Origin: Bugula neritina
Taxonomy: Eukaryota; Animalia; Bryozoa
Direction of reading: 5' to 3'
Assembly: GCA_964035545.1 (NCBI GenBank)
Contig: OZ037766.1
Coordinates: 28,689,673-28,753,672, forward strand
Length of the DNA: 64,000 nt
The notes under the pieces were generated by a model. It saw only the letters and a list, made by a program, of their open reading frames with translations, searched no databases and had not been told where the DNA came from. Of this stretch, positions 27,170 through 40,700 are shown in pieces. The translations under genes were made by a program, and so were the position numbers. Position 1 is the stretch's first letter. Every line of letters begins with the position of its first letter.

Positions 27170-27616
27170 AGTTTCTGTTGGTGCATTTACCTAGTCAGTA
27201 TGGCGGCTTAGCTTTGTGTTAGACGCTCTTAAATGTTTGTTAAAGAAAAATAATGCCACACTTATTTGCCAACAGGCAGGATTTGCGAAATGAATGAAAA
27301 CCAAAAATCAATTTTGCATATACAAACAATTAAAATATACAGCGCAGTAAAATGTTTGTGTTGGCATGTGGCTGAATTGCCATTGGCTATCTTTGTACTT
27401 ATTAGTAGCTACGGGGCTAATAGAATGTGGCTGGGCGGAGTCTTGGAAACAACCAAATATTGTACATGAAAAGGCAACTCCAAATAATTTTATTTGATTT
27501 CTTTTGTAAATTTGCATCTTGTAATTTACTATCAATGTACATAATATTACAGTTCAATTACATGTATTATTAAATTAGCTCCTTTTTAAATTATGGTACT
27601 ACTTAGCTTGCAAAAT

Positions 27617-27619
<3 letters not shown>

Positions 27620-27692
<73 letters not shown>
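27620..27692. repeat. (TA)n microsatellite
   Basis: Pure TA run. Confidence 0.97.
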
Positions 27693-27695
<3 letters not shown>

Positions 27696-28789
27696 CATAT
27701 ATGAGTTTATAGAATATATTATACTTTGGATGAAAACCTCAAATTCCTATTGGTTAATTACTTTAAAAAACGTAATTAACCAATAGGATATTACCCTAAT
27801 CAGTACAATATTATGTGCAGGGAAATGGTGATGATTTATATCATAGTGACAGATTTCAGAGTTTTTTTCTAAATATTCAATTTATTATTAAATATAAACA
27901 CATGCATGCACAGGCTCATGCAGCTTTGAATGTGGAATAATAAATACATATTTCCATAAAAAACATTTTATGTGTATAAATATGCCATAAAATATAAAGT
28001 AAAATTCCCTTTTTGCAAATTATTTTGGTGAGTTAGTGGAGCAAGAACCAAAGTCAGTTAGCATAAGGGTAAGGAATTGCCTTACCCTGACTAAACTACT
28101 AATCTATAATAAATATAAAGCATGAGGAGGTGGCATATAAACAAGACTGCTGTTCCACTATAATTGACATAGAAATATCATATTAGAAGCTGGTGATAAT
28201 GATCAAAACATAAAATGAATTGATTTCTAGTTGAATGCCAAACAAGAGCATTCACACAGGGAGTCAATGGCATACAAATCTGTTGAAATAGTGTAGAATA
28301 AAGAACTCTACGATAACCTGCCTAATTCTCTAGGATTACATGGAATCTATTGTAAACTCCTATAACAGTTAGCTGCGGTATAAAGAATAAACAACAAAAT
28401 ATATATGCAATATATAATATTACTATATACAAGGCAGGTTAGTGAATGCAAACGACTAAAGTGATATTTCTAAGCAAGATGGTGCGTGTGTACGATAGAT
28501 AATATTGATGGTACAGCATATGGCTTTACCCAGAGTGAGTTAATATTAGCAGATACTCTTGGTGAATTATCTATTACCATTCAGCTTTGCAGTGCAATCA
28601 TGTGGAGCCAGCAATGAGACACAAAAGTTAATCACAAAAATAAGGAGAAAAGCTTTGAGCAAAACATAATATTGCAGAAAAAAATCTGTCAAGAAGATAA
28701 GGCTTTGATTTGGTAATCAAAATTTCGAAATAATTTTTGTAAAAAGCTGCTTCATTGGTTACTAAGCAAGTTAGCTGTGCTGTGGTTAG

Positions 28790-31700
28790 CTACTCAGTAT
28801 GGTAGCCTTCGTCTGATTGGATAGCATGTTCCTGAGAAAGAGCAGCTAACTCCTTAACAAATTCTTCCAATACTAAAGCACAGAAAACTGCTTTTTTGGT
28901 GTTCATTTTGTTGAGACGTGCTTCTGGCGTTTCAAACTTGGTCTTTTCTGGTGACTGCAAAGAGGAGCACAATATTTAATTATCACATTTCCAACTAACT
29001 TTAGCAGTTACAGTAAATGAAAGTGAAAAATAATTTATATTATTCTAGGCAGACTTTCAAATGTTATATCAGTAACTAGAAAGTAAAAAAGTAAAAGAGC
29101 ATTTCAAATGCAGACATAGTTAATGGCATGATTAAGCATGTTTTATCTCAGTATTTGACATAAAGTGCTACACATTGCACTGATAACATTTCTTAATGAT
29201 GTATATTACTTTCATATTTGCCCCGAAGAGAGCAAAAGTCAACACTTAACAGTTGCAATAACTGCAAAATTTTAAACCAAAACCACAGACCATCAAATTC
29301 AAGTATATTAATTGAAAACAAAAGTGGAATAAAAATAAAAGATCAAATTAACTAGAACCACCAAAAGGTGTAGAAATTAATGATTATTGATTGGTCGAGG
29401 TGGCTAACCTTGACATTTGAGAACCTGTATCCATTAGCTTCTACCACAAGCTCCGGTTGAATTGGTTGCTTAGTATGTTTGTCTCTCTTGAAGAAGTCTG
29501 TAATTCTCTTACCTAAACAAATGATCAAAATGACTTTGAAATATATAATTATTGAATAAAGAAAGTTATAATTTGGAACTTAAATAGCGACTACGAGGGC
29601 ACAAATCCAAAAGCTTATACAACTACTGAACATATTTTTTAATGAAAATCATCGAAATCAACTTCGATGCAGAAAAATAACTTTCTAATTGTAGCACACA
29701 ACTCCTTATTAATCAAGTGATGCTCTTTAAGAGAAAAAAAAACACATTTAATGAGCTGCTTTTAGAATGCAATAAACTGCCCTATTGGCCAAAATTTCAA
29801 CTAAAAACCGTGAAGGGACATATCTCAATATCCGTCAGACGAGTAACCTATGACTAAATAACTTTATGACTATGACTATAGGCTATATGACTAAATGACT
29901 TTATGACTATGACTAGTCACTCACTAAATATCAACTGACAGTGCCTCACAAATAAATCGGATATTCTGAAGTCAAATTCTGCTCATTCACCCAACAAATA
30001 ATTCTGTGAATGCTTTTAAAGGCTCACATTTTGCTAAGCAAATTTTCTCAAGTCGAATTATTTTTTAAAAGCTGACTTGTTGCATAAGTATTTCGAAAAG
30101 GAAAGAACTCTACATATAGCCTTCAAACTAACCTGCAGTACGGGAACTCTCTGGGTCTCCCGAACTGCTACTAGAATGTTTAGCCTCAGCACCATCTGCC
30201 TCCACCTCTGCTGCATCCATCTTATCAATCATGATCTTACGAGCTTGCAGCAGCAGGACGTTGAAGTTGGGAACTTTAGCCGCAAACTTATCGACCTTCA
30301 CCTTCACAGAGATTAATACCTACAGCAGATAATTAGTAAAGAACTAATAATTCCCGCTATTTGTTGCTGTTGCTCATAGATTAGCGAGAAAAAAAATCTA
30401 AATTCCCTTTGACATTGCAGAGCAAATCATGTTACAGAGTAAATAAAAGCTGACAATTATCAATATTGCATTCAGCTCACATAGTTTTATTTGCATCAAC
30501 CAACTATTTCTACTGTCTGGTTTTAAAATACCTGTATGAGAGACTTGACAGAGTAAATACCTGTATGAGAGACTTGACAGAAAGGTGAAAGACGGCGCTG
30601 GTGTTAAGTAGAAAGGAGCGGAGGAGGGGTTGTGAATAAGAGGCTAGTCTAGTGATCACCCCGGTGAGCAGCAGATTCACAGCTAGAGAGTTGTTCATCA
30701 TATTCTCCAGCTTGTTGAGTAGAGTGGCCATAAACAGCCCTGCAACAGGAATAAGTGGCAGTATTTGATGACTTACTGATAACATCAGATGGGAAGGAGG
30801 GGGCCAATAAAAAGACAAACAACATATAGGGTATACGGCATACTTGAATCCACACAATAAATGAAAATCGAGCAACATTAATTATACCTGAACCAGGAAG
30901 TTAGAGCAAAATTTAAATAACAGCTTGTCACACTATAGACTAAATTATATTCCTATGCATACAAGGACAGGAGCTGTTTTCAGCATACTACAACTTCTAG
31001 GCTTGTAGAGTTGTCCCCTCCATCAGTTAGTACTGTCTTTTAATTGTATCTTAAATAGTACCTATACTAGGAGAGTTGTCCCCACCACTATCCAACTTGA
31101 GATTGAACTTCACAGTTCCTTGTTTACTGGTTTTGGATGCAGAAGTTGCTTCCTCCTGAGTTCCAATGTCCACTGGGTGAGACTTGAGGGCTGAAACTCC
31201 TTCTGCTTCAGTTGAAAAGAGACATACAATACTTTAATGTGAGTCTATAATGTCAAGTGAGATGTGACTAACAGTTGACACACTAGGTAGTAGTTAAGAG
31301 TCAGTACACAGTAGGTAGTAGCTACCAGCCAGTTATTAGTCAACAACGAGTAATCAGTCAACTGCTAACTAATGACTGATAGTGATTTAGAGTCAATAAC
31401 AAAGCTGAGTGATAATTCCATATAGAAGAAGAGCATAGAGTTTTCATTAAAAATCATTTTCCAGTCAACTAGCATAACTCATCACCCCTAGAGGCACTGT
31501 ATTCACACTGAGCAGCTGGCAAATACCTACCAGTTTCAAATGCCGAGAAAGACAAAGGACGTTGCATTGAGGCTACACTTTCTTTCCTCTTTTGCACGGA
31601 GATCTCCGCTTGGCCAATAGCTGCGTCAATTTCCCGTAGCAAATCTTCCTCTGATTTATCAGGATCCAAAGGTGCTGCGTCTACACTCCTGTCCAGATAA

Positions 31701-34700
31701 GACAGGAAAGAGTCCAACTGGTCTGTAGAGCTCATTTGAGCAGCAGTAGAGGATGTTATGGTAATATCAAGGTGAGAGTTGTTTACACTAGGAACCTGAG
31801 GTGGTGATAGGGTTGTGTTCTCTTGACTCAGCTCTGTTAGAGGTGGTGATAGGGTGGGAGGTATACCGGCATTTTGACTTTGCAGCAGAATATTGAGAGT
31901 AAAGTTCGATTGATCATCTCCTAACACTAGAAGTGGCTCATCAACTGGAGCTGATTTAGCTTGGGGTTCTACATCACCATGGCTGCTATTATGAGGTACG
32001 CCAGCTGTTCCTCGAGGAGAGACAGTATCAGGATTCAACTTAACTTCAGGCTCCAACCCTGAATCAGTTAAACAAAGAGGAACGTCTGAAGCTGCTGAAA
32101 GTGTAGCAGGGCTTTGAGATAGCTTAGACTGATGTTCTACGGTCTCGTCAGCTATGCAAAGCGGGACGTCCTCGGCGGCTAAAGGTGCCGCAGTTTGAGA
32201 ATTGTCTGCTGAAATGTCAATTAGTGGGGTATCCTCGGAGTGAAGTCTCATAAAGTAAGGACTACAAGACATAAACCCTTAGTTATTTCAAAATGAGTAA
32301 TAAGCTGTTACCAACACACACAGCCAACAACTATCTGTTCCGTGGGTTGCAATTTCTAATTAATTCTAACACTAGAGAAGATTATAGATATTTAGACACA
32401 CTTGAATGGTATGTTGAAGAGAAATCGTACAGAAATATAAATTTGAAATGTATTCAGAAAGCTTTAAGCTTTAGGAAAGTCAGTTGTCACAAGATAGAAT
32501 AACTAAAACACCTTCCAAATGCATTAGAAAAATGGCCGAGTTGTTTTGAAAAAGTGAGTAGCAAAAGAAGTAGTAACAGTGAGTATTGAAAACAAATAGT
32601 ACATTTCAAAGTCACGGAAAATACTAGAAAGACGTTTGGTGACTCACAGGAAAGCAAACTAAAGCTGGCAGCAGAATACTTTACCTGTCATCAGTAGAAC
32701 TAGCTGCATTTTCTACAGATGTGTCAAAGGAAATTAGGGGCACGTCATCCGCTAAACTCGGGTCGGGGGTGTCATATTTACTGGCAGAACTAGGGTTAGA
32801 CTGCGCTCTATCTCTGTTAGCAAGACACGCAATACAACTCTACGCAAGCATACAGTAAAGCGGAAAGTATTAGCAGTGAAACATAACTTTTATATTGTAA
32901 GATATACTACAAATAATAGCGTTGTATCAATATGTTTCGGCAGTCTATTATGCAGAAATAGTGTTTTAGTATTTGAGAAATTACAAAAGTATAAAATATA
33001 TAAGAAAAAATAAAACCAATGGGCTGTTGCAAAGCGCACTAGCAGTAGCAGTGGAAGCAGATTTTAGGTTTAAATCCAGAAACATCTGGTAGGTTTAGGA
33101 TCTATTGCTCAACCAATGAACTATCAGCTTGTTTTAGTGTGAAGGAAATGCTTTTCACTGAAATTTATGAGAAACATTCTTTAACATTGCTAGCATACCA
33201 GGAGTTATTTCACTTACTTGCTATTAGAAGCTTCTAGCATTGCGTTATGAGGCGGGATTTCTCCGTCATAGATGAAGCACCATGTTGAGCAAAAGGCCCG
33301 GCATTGGTCAATCATTTCTCGGGCGTCCGCCAAGTAATCGTTATATGAGGACTTGTATTCCCGAAGAGACGCAGCTAAAGGTGTGTGGCCGGACGAGAAT
33401 ATGCTACAATATACCATTATCATCCTTTGCTGCATTTAATGTAGCTTTTTAAATAGTTGGTAAAATTTGCAACAAATCAGTTCACCTGACAAGTAAGTGC
33501 AGCATAATCGCAATATAAGAAGCATGGTGAAGGAAAAAGGGTATATTTTAAAGAGCAAATAAATCACCAAATAGTTAATAGTAGAAATTTATACAATCAC
33601 AAACTAATTATTCCGCCACACCATTTCATTTGAGTGCCGCAGGTAAAAGTGAATTGCGTGGTGTGATAGAAATTATAACATTATACAACATAACATGGTG
33701 ACAGAGAGGAATAGTGTGTTATAACACGTCCCAAGTAACCAGCTGACAGCAAGAGAGACTAGCGGCAGCGAGCTAAGCAGAGACAGCGCTGACCTCAACA
33801 GTCCAGACCGGTTGTTACCAAATCCAAAATTAAATGGCAAATTAGAAAGCAGATCATACTCATTGCCTAAATAGAATCTACAACAGTGGCAGTAGTGATC
33901 TAAAGTCTAGAGATTTTCTAAATAGAATTTAAAACAGTAGCAGAAATGATGTTAACATTGTCTAACAATAGAATATAGAACACTAGCTATTGTCTAGAAA
34001 TATAATCTACAACAGTAAAAGAGATGATCTATACTTCTATAGATATAACTTAAAACACTAGCCCTGACCCAGTCAACTGAAACTACTAAAGGAAGATATC
34101 TGCATAAGGTCCAACCCGATACTGAAATAAAGAAACAGGAAATAGTCTACAGAGACAGGAAGTGATGTAAAGAGAGTCTACTGACACATCAGGTGATCTG
34201 AATAAAGCTAGGAATGATGATAGAGAAAGAGAAAGAACAAGTCACTTCAATAGAATCAACTCCAACTATCTATTGAGAAACACCCTCATTTACAGTCACA
34301 ATCCCTGTGAGAACTTGGGGCTAGGGTTTTCAGTATTCTAGACATTCTTACTCAAACAGCGCAGCTCAAGAACTTTAAAGTAGTGGAGGAGTAATTTAGA
34401 CTGAGTGCTCTCCCTAATGTATCTAGTAGGAACCCTTGACTAACATACTGCTCTGCTAGACAATTGACTCAACACACAAGCCTTGGCTGAAAGGAAATCA
34501 AACACCGGTAAGCAACAAACTGCATAAATAAAATGGCGTAGAGAAACAAATAGAACAAGCGAGTGAAATATTTGCAAAGCTGTTTTAAAATGAGTAGCGG
34601 GGAAAGAGCAAGTCGTAGCAGTGATAGTAACACAATGGCAAGCAAACACGAAACACACATCACCTGTTTTTGTGAGGGTAGCTTTTCGATGTAATGAAAT

Positions 34701-37700
34701 GAAACATGGCAGGTAAGATTACAAGCACAAACTTGAAATATTGTCAACTGAAAGTAGTAGATAGCGGATGCAACATGCCACTGACGTTAGAAGGTAAAAT
34801 GTTGCCATGCTAAGCAATATGAAGGCAGATAGTAGAAGTTATACAGCATACAATATGAGTATAGAGTAATAAAGCCGTATATACAGTATTTTAAATATGC
34901 TGTATCTATACTGATACAACAGACGCACTGTGACATCATAAATTCAATACAAGATGTCCGACAGGAAGTGCGACGCCTACCCATCATTGTAGCTAACGAG
35001 CAGACGTTCCTGCTCCTCGGTCAGAATCACCTGACAGCAGTCTGGCTCTAGTTGAAGGAGTTTGTCAGCAATATGTCCATATATATCTAGCTGCTTAACC
35101 GCCCTTCTCTGGCTCTGCATTACATGGGTCAGTCTGTACAAGTACCTATATATATATAAGAGGAGCAAATATCGGTCTATACATAAGAGGAGTAAATATC
35201 AGTCTACAAATAAGAGGAGTAAAAATCAGGCTATAAATAAAAGCAGGAAATATTTGCCTATACAAAAAAGGAGCAAAAATATTAGTCTATACAAGTACTT
35301 AGAAATAAGTACTTGTATTATTTGAAAAAGGGTACATTTTGTCACTATCTAAAAGTATCTTTACATAAAGGAGAGAAAAGTTAGTCTAAAGGAATGTAGT
35401 ATACATGACTAGAACTGTCTGCAGAAGGCACAAAAAGATAGTTTTGTTACTAGATTGGTTATAACTCAGTCAGTCTATTGACTAGAACACAGCGTTAGAG
35501 TGATTGCAATGATGTAGAACTTACTTGAAGCATAAACCAAACATGATGTCTTCACAGTTCAGCTCTATCAGAGTCTTGAATAGTGAGAGAGACACCATGC
35601 ACAGCTACAAGTATATCAACACACATGATAACACACAGTAAAGTAGATTACACAGAAAACTTATGAGGAGTTATGTCCCCTTTTGAGAGCTTCTTGATAC
35701 AAATGTCACAGACTTCTCAGAAATGTTACTAGAAGCACTATATCAAAAATTATAGAATTGAAAGATAAAATAAACTAAAATTTATGTAAAGTTATTATAA
35801 TTCACCTATTATATTTATTTTATTTTTGTTTCCATTATTTCATAATGAAATGTTCTAGAATGCTTTTAGTAATTTATCCTTTTCAAAAAACTCATTTGCG
35901 ACATTTTCAACGCGAAAACTAGTGTTCATAAGGTAATACACAGAAAAATGACACTTATAAAACATAATATCTAAACTGAATTAAAAGCTATTAGCTAGAG
36001 TCAGAAGTTGGAGCTAACAGTCACTCTATAAGCGAATATATGAGTCTAAGCCATACCTTAGTACTGCTGTTGATCCTATCTATTAGCCAATCAAGGATGA
36101 CCACATCATCGTGTTTAGTAGTGAGTATAAAATGCAGAAAGGCCCTGAGCAGGGAGGGTTCTGTAATCGTTCGCACAAATAACTCCAAATATGCGATAGC
36201 TGAAACTTGCTCCTCAATGGCGCTCTGAAATAGAACAAAAAAAACGATCAACAGTGAGAACTAAAATATGATGTCGTTGAGAATCCACATAATTAAATTG
36301 AGCTTGATATTTCCATCTTCAATTTTACCTGTAAATAAATCAAACAATTTTAATTTGGTCTCAAATGCCTTATGGCTAAACTAGATTAAGCAAAAATCCT
36401 ACGTAAATAATTTTAAAATTGGTTTCAAAAAATAAAAGTATCAGTTATGTAAAAGAGAGCATGTTAGAGAAAATTAAAATTGAACTCAACTTTATAATGG
36501 CTCTTTAAATTTCTGAGATACACAATTGGTCAGATTTCTGTTACATACAACAATAAAACTGTTAGGAGTTATATTCACCTGCAAGAGTGCTGGAGCCATG
36601 ACTGGCAATAGAAAGCCATTGTATATGTAGTCTATGAGTTGTTGACCCACAAGCACATGCGCCACCTGTCAAGAAGGTATGAGCACTTTGTAACAGTGTC
36701 AGCACCAGATGGTGCATAGTAGAGAAGTATTACTGCTGCCAGAAGTTGTGTGGCAGCTAATATGAGATACTGAAGCTATATGAACGACTACGGTATTAAT
36801 GCTAAACTGTTAACCTTATCTGCTTCCTGATTATGACAAGATCACCACCTGGGGAGACAACTTTTTAAAAACTTGTACTTTGCTATTTCAGTTTATTTAT
36901 ATTGTAGAATGTAGGCTATTGAGAAACATCGGTGAAAGTGTAAATAAGCCTAATGTTACAGATTTATACAAAATTATACTAAATTTTTGTAAAGCTACTA
37001 AAAGGAAACTTATCAAAATTTCCTTGAAAACAATCGAACTAAAATAAGTTCGCTGTTCATGAGAAAAAACTGAAGTGAAAGATATTATACTCAATCAGCA
37101 TAGGCGACTAGTGAAGTGATTTGAAATTCTCTATGGAAGAACAATAAAAATGAAAATGGCCACAACAAAAATGTAGCGAAAACAAAAGTGACGTCAAGAT
37201 TAATCTGGTCAAAGAAATACCTGTACAACAGCGTTGCAAAACTCAAGGCAGTTGATGATCATCTGCACGTCTGGCATGTGGAGGTAGTGCTCTTTCTCTA
37301 TCCTGTACCAGTCCTCATGACCTTCTGGTCTAACTTTGTGAGGCAGAGATGAGTAGAGGGCACTGAGCCCAGTAGCAAGTACCTGCACAACTCGCCAAAG
37401 TAAACTCAATAAATAGTACTTTCAAGCAGAAAAAAAACGAAAAAATGAAAGACGACAAAGTGATATCAAATAAGCAATTAGTTCACGTAACTAAAACCAT
37501 TTAATAGCAAAACTTCAGAAAATAGAGATTTATACTCAGTCATCTCAATTTCATAAACAATGTAACCAAATTTTTGTCAACACACAAAACTAAACAGAGT
37601 GCTACACACAGTACTACACACAGTACTACACACAGTACTACACACAGTACTACACACAACACACAGTACTACACACGGTGATACTCACGGGGCAAAAGTC

Positions 37701-40700
37701 GGAATTGTTGGCTATGTATTTGCCGATGACTTGATTTCTGGCTGACGCTGCCATGATAAGGAGAAGGGCGTCCCTGGCTTGCTGCCCGAGTGTGCCTTCT
37801 CGGTGAATGTAGGGAATCAGCAGACAGAATATGAGAAAGTTGTTCTGACCAGATGAGTAACTGACATTGAAGAATAACTCCAGATACTGCAAAATCGGGG
37901 TTAAAATGAGTCAAGAACTTACCAGAGTTGAACTATTCACAGTGACACTACTCATAGTATGACTATTCACAGTGACACTACTTATAGTAGGACTAATCTA
38001 CAGTGACACTACTCATAGTAGGACTATTTACAGTGACACTACTCATAGTAGGACTATTCACAGTGACACTACTGAGAGTATAACTATTCACAGTACAACT
38101 ACTAATAGGACTATTTACAGTGACACTACTTATAGTATGACTATTTACAGTGACACTACTCATAGTAGGACTATTATTTACAGTGACACTGCTCATAGTA
38201 TGACTATTTACAGTGACACTACTCATAGTACGACTAATTTACAGTGACACTACTCATAGTATGACTATTCACAGTGACACTACTCATAGTATGATTATTC
38301 ACAGTACGACTACTCATAGTTGAACTATTCACAGTGACACTACTCATAGTATAACTATTCACAGTGACACTACTCATAGTATGACTATTCACAGTGAGGC
38401 TACTCATAGTTGAACTATTCACAGTGACACTACTGAGAGCATGACTATTCACAGTGACACTACTCATAGTATGACTATTCACAGGATAAATGTTTAGAGC
38501 ACAACTAGAAAATCAAACACAGCAAATATTCACCACAAAACCACTCATTATTACACTTTAAAACACTTTTAAAAACTGAATAAAGTTAAAAATAACTACT
38601 TGATTTCACAAAGAAAAAAGTTGGGCTTTGTTGTTGCTCCATGAAGTTAAAAGCACGTCTAAAGTCACAAAAATGGTAAAATATCCTCTACGTGAATGTG
38701 CAAGAACTGAGAATAAAAGCATAGCATGTATACTATATTGATTATTGTACATATTAGAAGCAATGCTACAGTTTAGCAATGATATTATTTTTCACTAGTT
38801 TGAGTAACTGCAAAAATGTTATAATCAAAAAGTGGACTTTATAAGATATAGCCAATCAGAGTTTTAAATTAGAGTAGATTGCAACCAAGCAGGAGCGTGC
38901 AGGGCAGTATGTGAAGGAAACTTATCATTTGGGAGAATCAAGTTTGAATCTGAGGCTAAAGAATAGCCAGTGCATTTAAATCAAAATTGAAGCTGATGCG
39001 GTCACCTCGAGTGTAATATACTAATAGGATATAAAATATTGATAAACACAAGTATAAAGTTGTCCTCCCTTCAACATATAATACTGAAGTATGGCTGTAA
39101 ATGGAAAGGTTTCATGGCAAGCGCATATCTAAGTTAAATACAAACCATAACAAAAGAAATATTACCAGGTCACCGTAAATACTCTCTTTTCTCTAGAGAA
39201 AAAATAAAATTGGAACTTTTCAGCTATTCCAACTATCCCTAAAGATTGCTGACGTCAACTTGTGAAAAAATCTTTACCCAGGAAGTTTTTATCAGCATGT
39301 TGACCGTATAAAAACTGACAAAACAGTTCTGACCAAAACATAAAGCTGTTTCAAGAGAAAACTTTTATTGCCAATTTTTTTACTAAAAAATAGATGCCAA
39401 AATTTAGTATGCAACACAATTTTTACAAATGTTTACTATAAACTGGAACTATTGAATTAGTTTAAATAGAGACAGTGGACCACTCTGACTCTAGCAGTAA
39501 CTACTTGCATAAATTAAAATAATAAAGTCTATGGTTTATAAAATATTACATGAAACAGATCTCTACTATAAAGAAGGTTAATCTGTGTTATGGGAATAAC
39601 ATAGTATAATATTTACCTGCAATACTACACAGTGTACACTGTAGGTCTACTGTTAATACTACACTACAGCATATCACACAGCATACAACTAACTACAGTA
39701 AGCTATGCTGTATACACAAATAGATCTACATTACATTAAACTATGCAATAAAGTCTAAACTCAAATTGCACTTGGAATATATTTATACATCACTAACATT
39801 ACTACTGGCACTAGATAATATTGACACTATCAAGCCCCATACTGCATACAAGGCATACAAGCTACAAGTTGTATATTATCTAATACCCATGTTGGTGAAA
39901 ATATTACAGCATTCAGGCATGTTATCAATCAATCAGAATTATCAGGGTATGCCTTTATATAAACTGGTAATTAAATAAAATGCAGCAGCTGCTTGTTTTA
40001 CATAATGACACTAATTATAGTTGGCGTGAAATACACAGAGATAAACGCTAGCATAAAAGCAGTTAGCCCCTCTCCCCTCTATTGTATAACTTTCACTGAG
40101 CTACAGGAGTTAAAGGATATAACTTACACAGTAATATAGATAGAGTGTGTAGAATATAATTAGACTATGTTTAGATAACATATCTCTATACTCAATACAG
40201 AATATATTGTTGTATGCATGGCAGAGTGGATATATATTAGTATACAGCGTAGTGTGTAATGAACACATGGGATATATTAGTAGACATGAATATGGTGATG
40301 AGTAGGCATAAGTGAACATGCATAAAAAAACCATGATAATACTACATTATTACATTATTACTAATATAACATAAATAGTGTTTCTTATTTATTTATTTTA
40401 ATAAAGTTACTAGCCTGTAAGGATATATTTAAACATGAAGGCTATATTTATTCCGTAATGCTCTAGTTTTAATTTTCAACCCAAAAGAACCAACAAGAAG
40501 TACCAACCTGGGGGTTCCTACTGATACAGACACAGAGCTGGTGAAGAAGAAGTATGACATTGTTCTCAATCTCCGTCAGCCCACTGTCCACGCAGGAGCC
40601 GAGTAACTGTAGCAGCGGTTTGATAACCGGCTTGTGGTACAACAGCGGCTGCAAACTCTGACTACAATCACAGAGAGACAACTCCAAGTGGCAGCACTAA

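Noticed and set aside
34069-34121. Additional 53 nt FHIP1 cassette exon
   Set aside because: Splice-like ends, but it has a stop in the incoming frame and does not chain with neighbouring exons.
37972-38482. Repetitive ORFs (MSSVTVNSHT)n and (TIYSDTTHS)n
   Set aside because: By-product of a 30 bp intronic minisatellite; the flanking FHIP1 exons join in frame without it.
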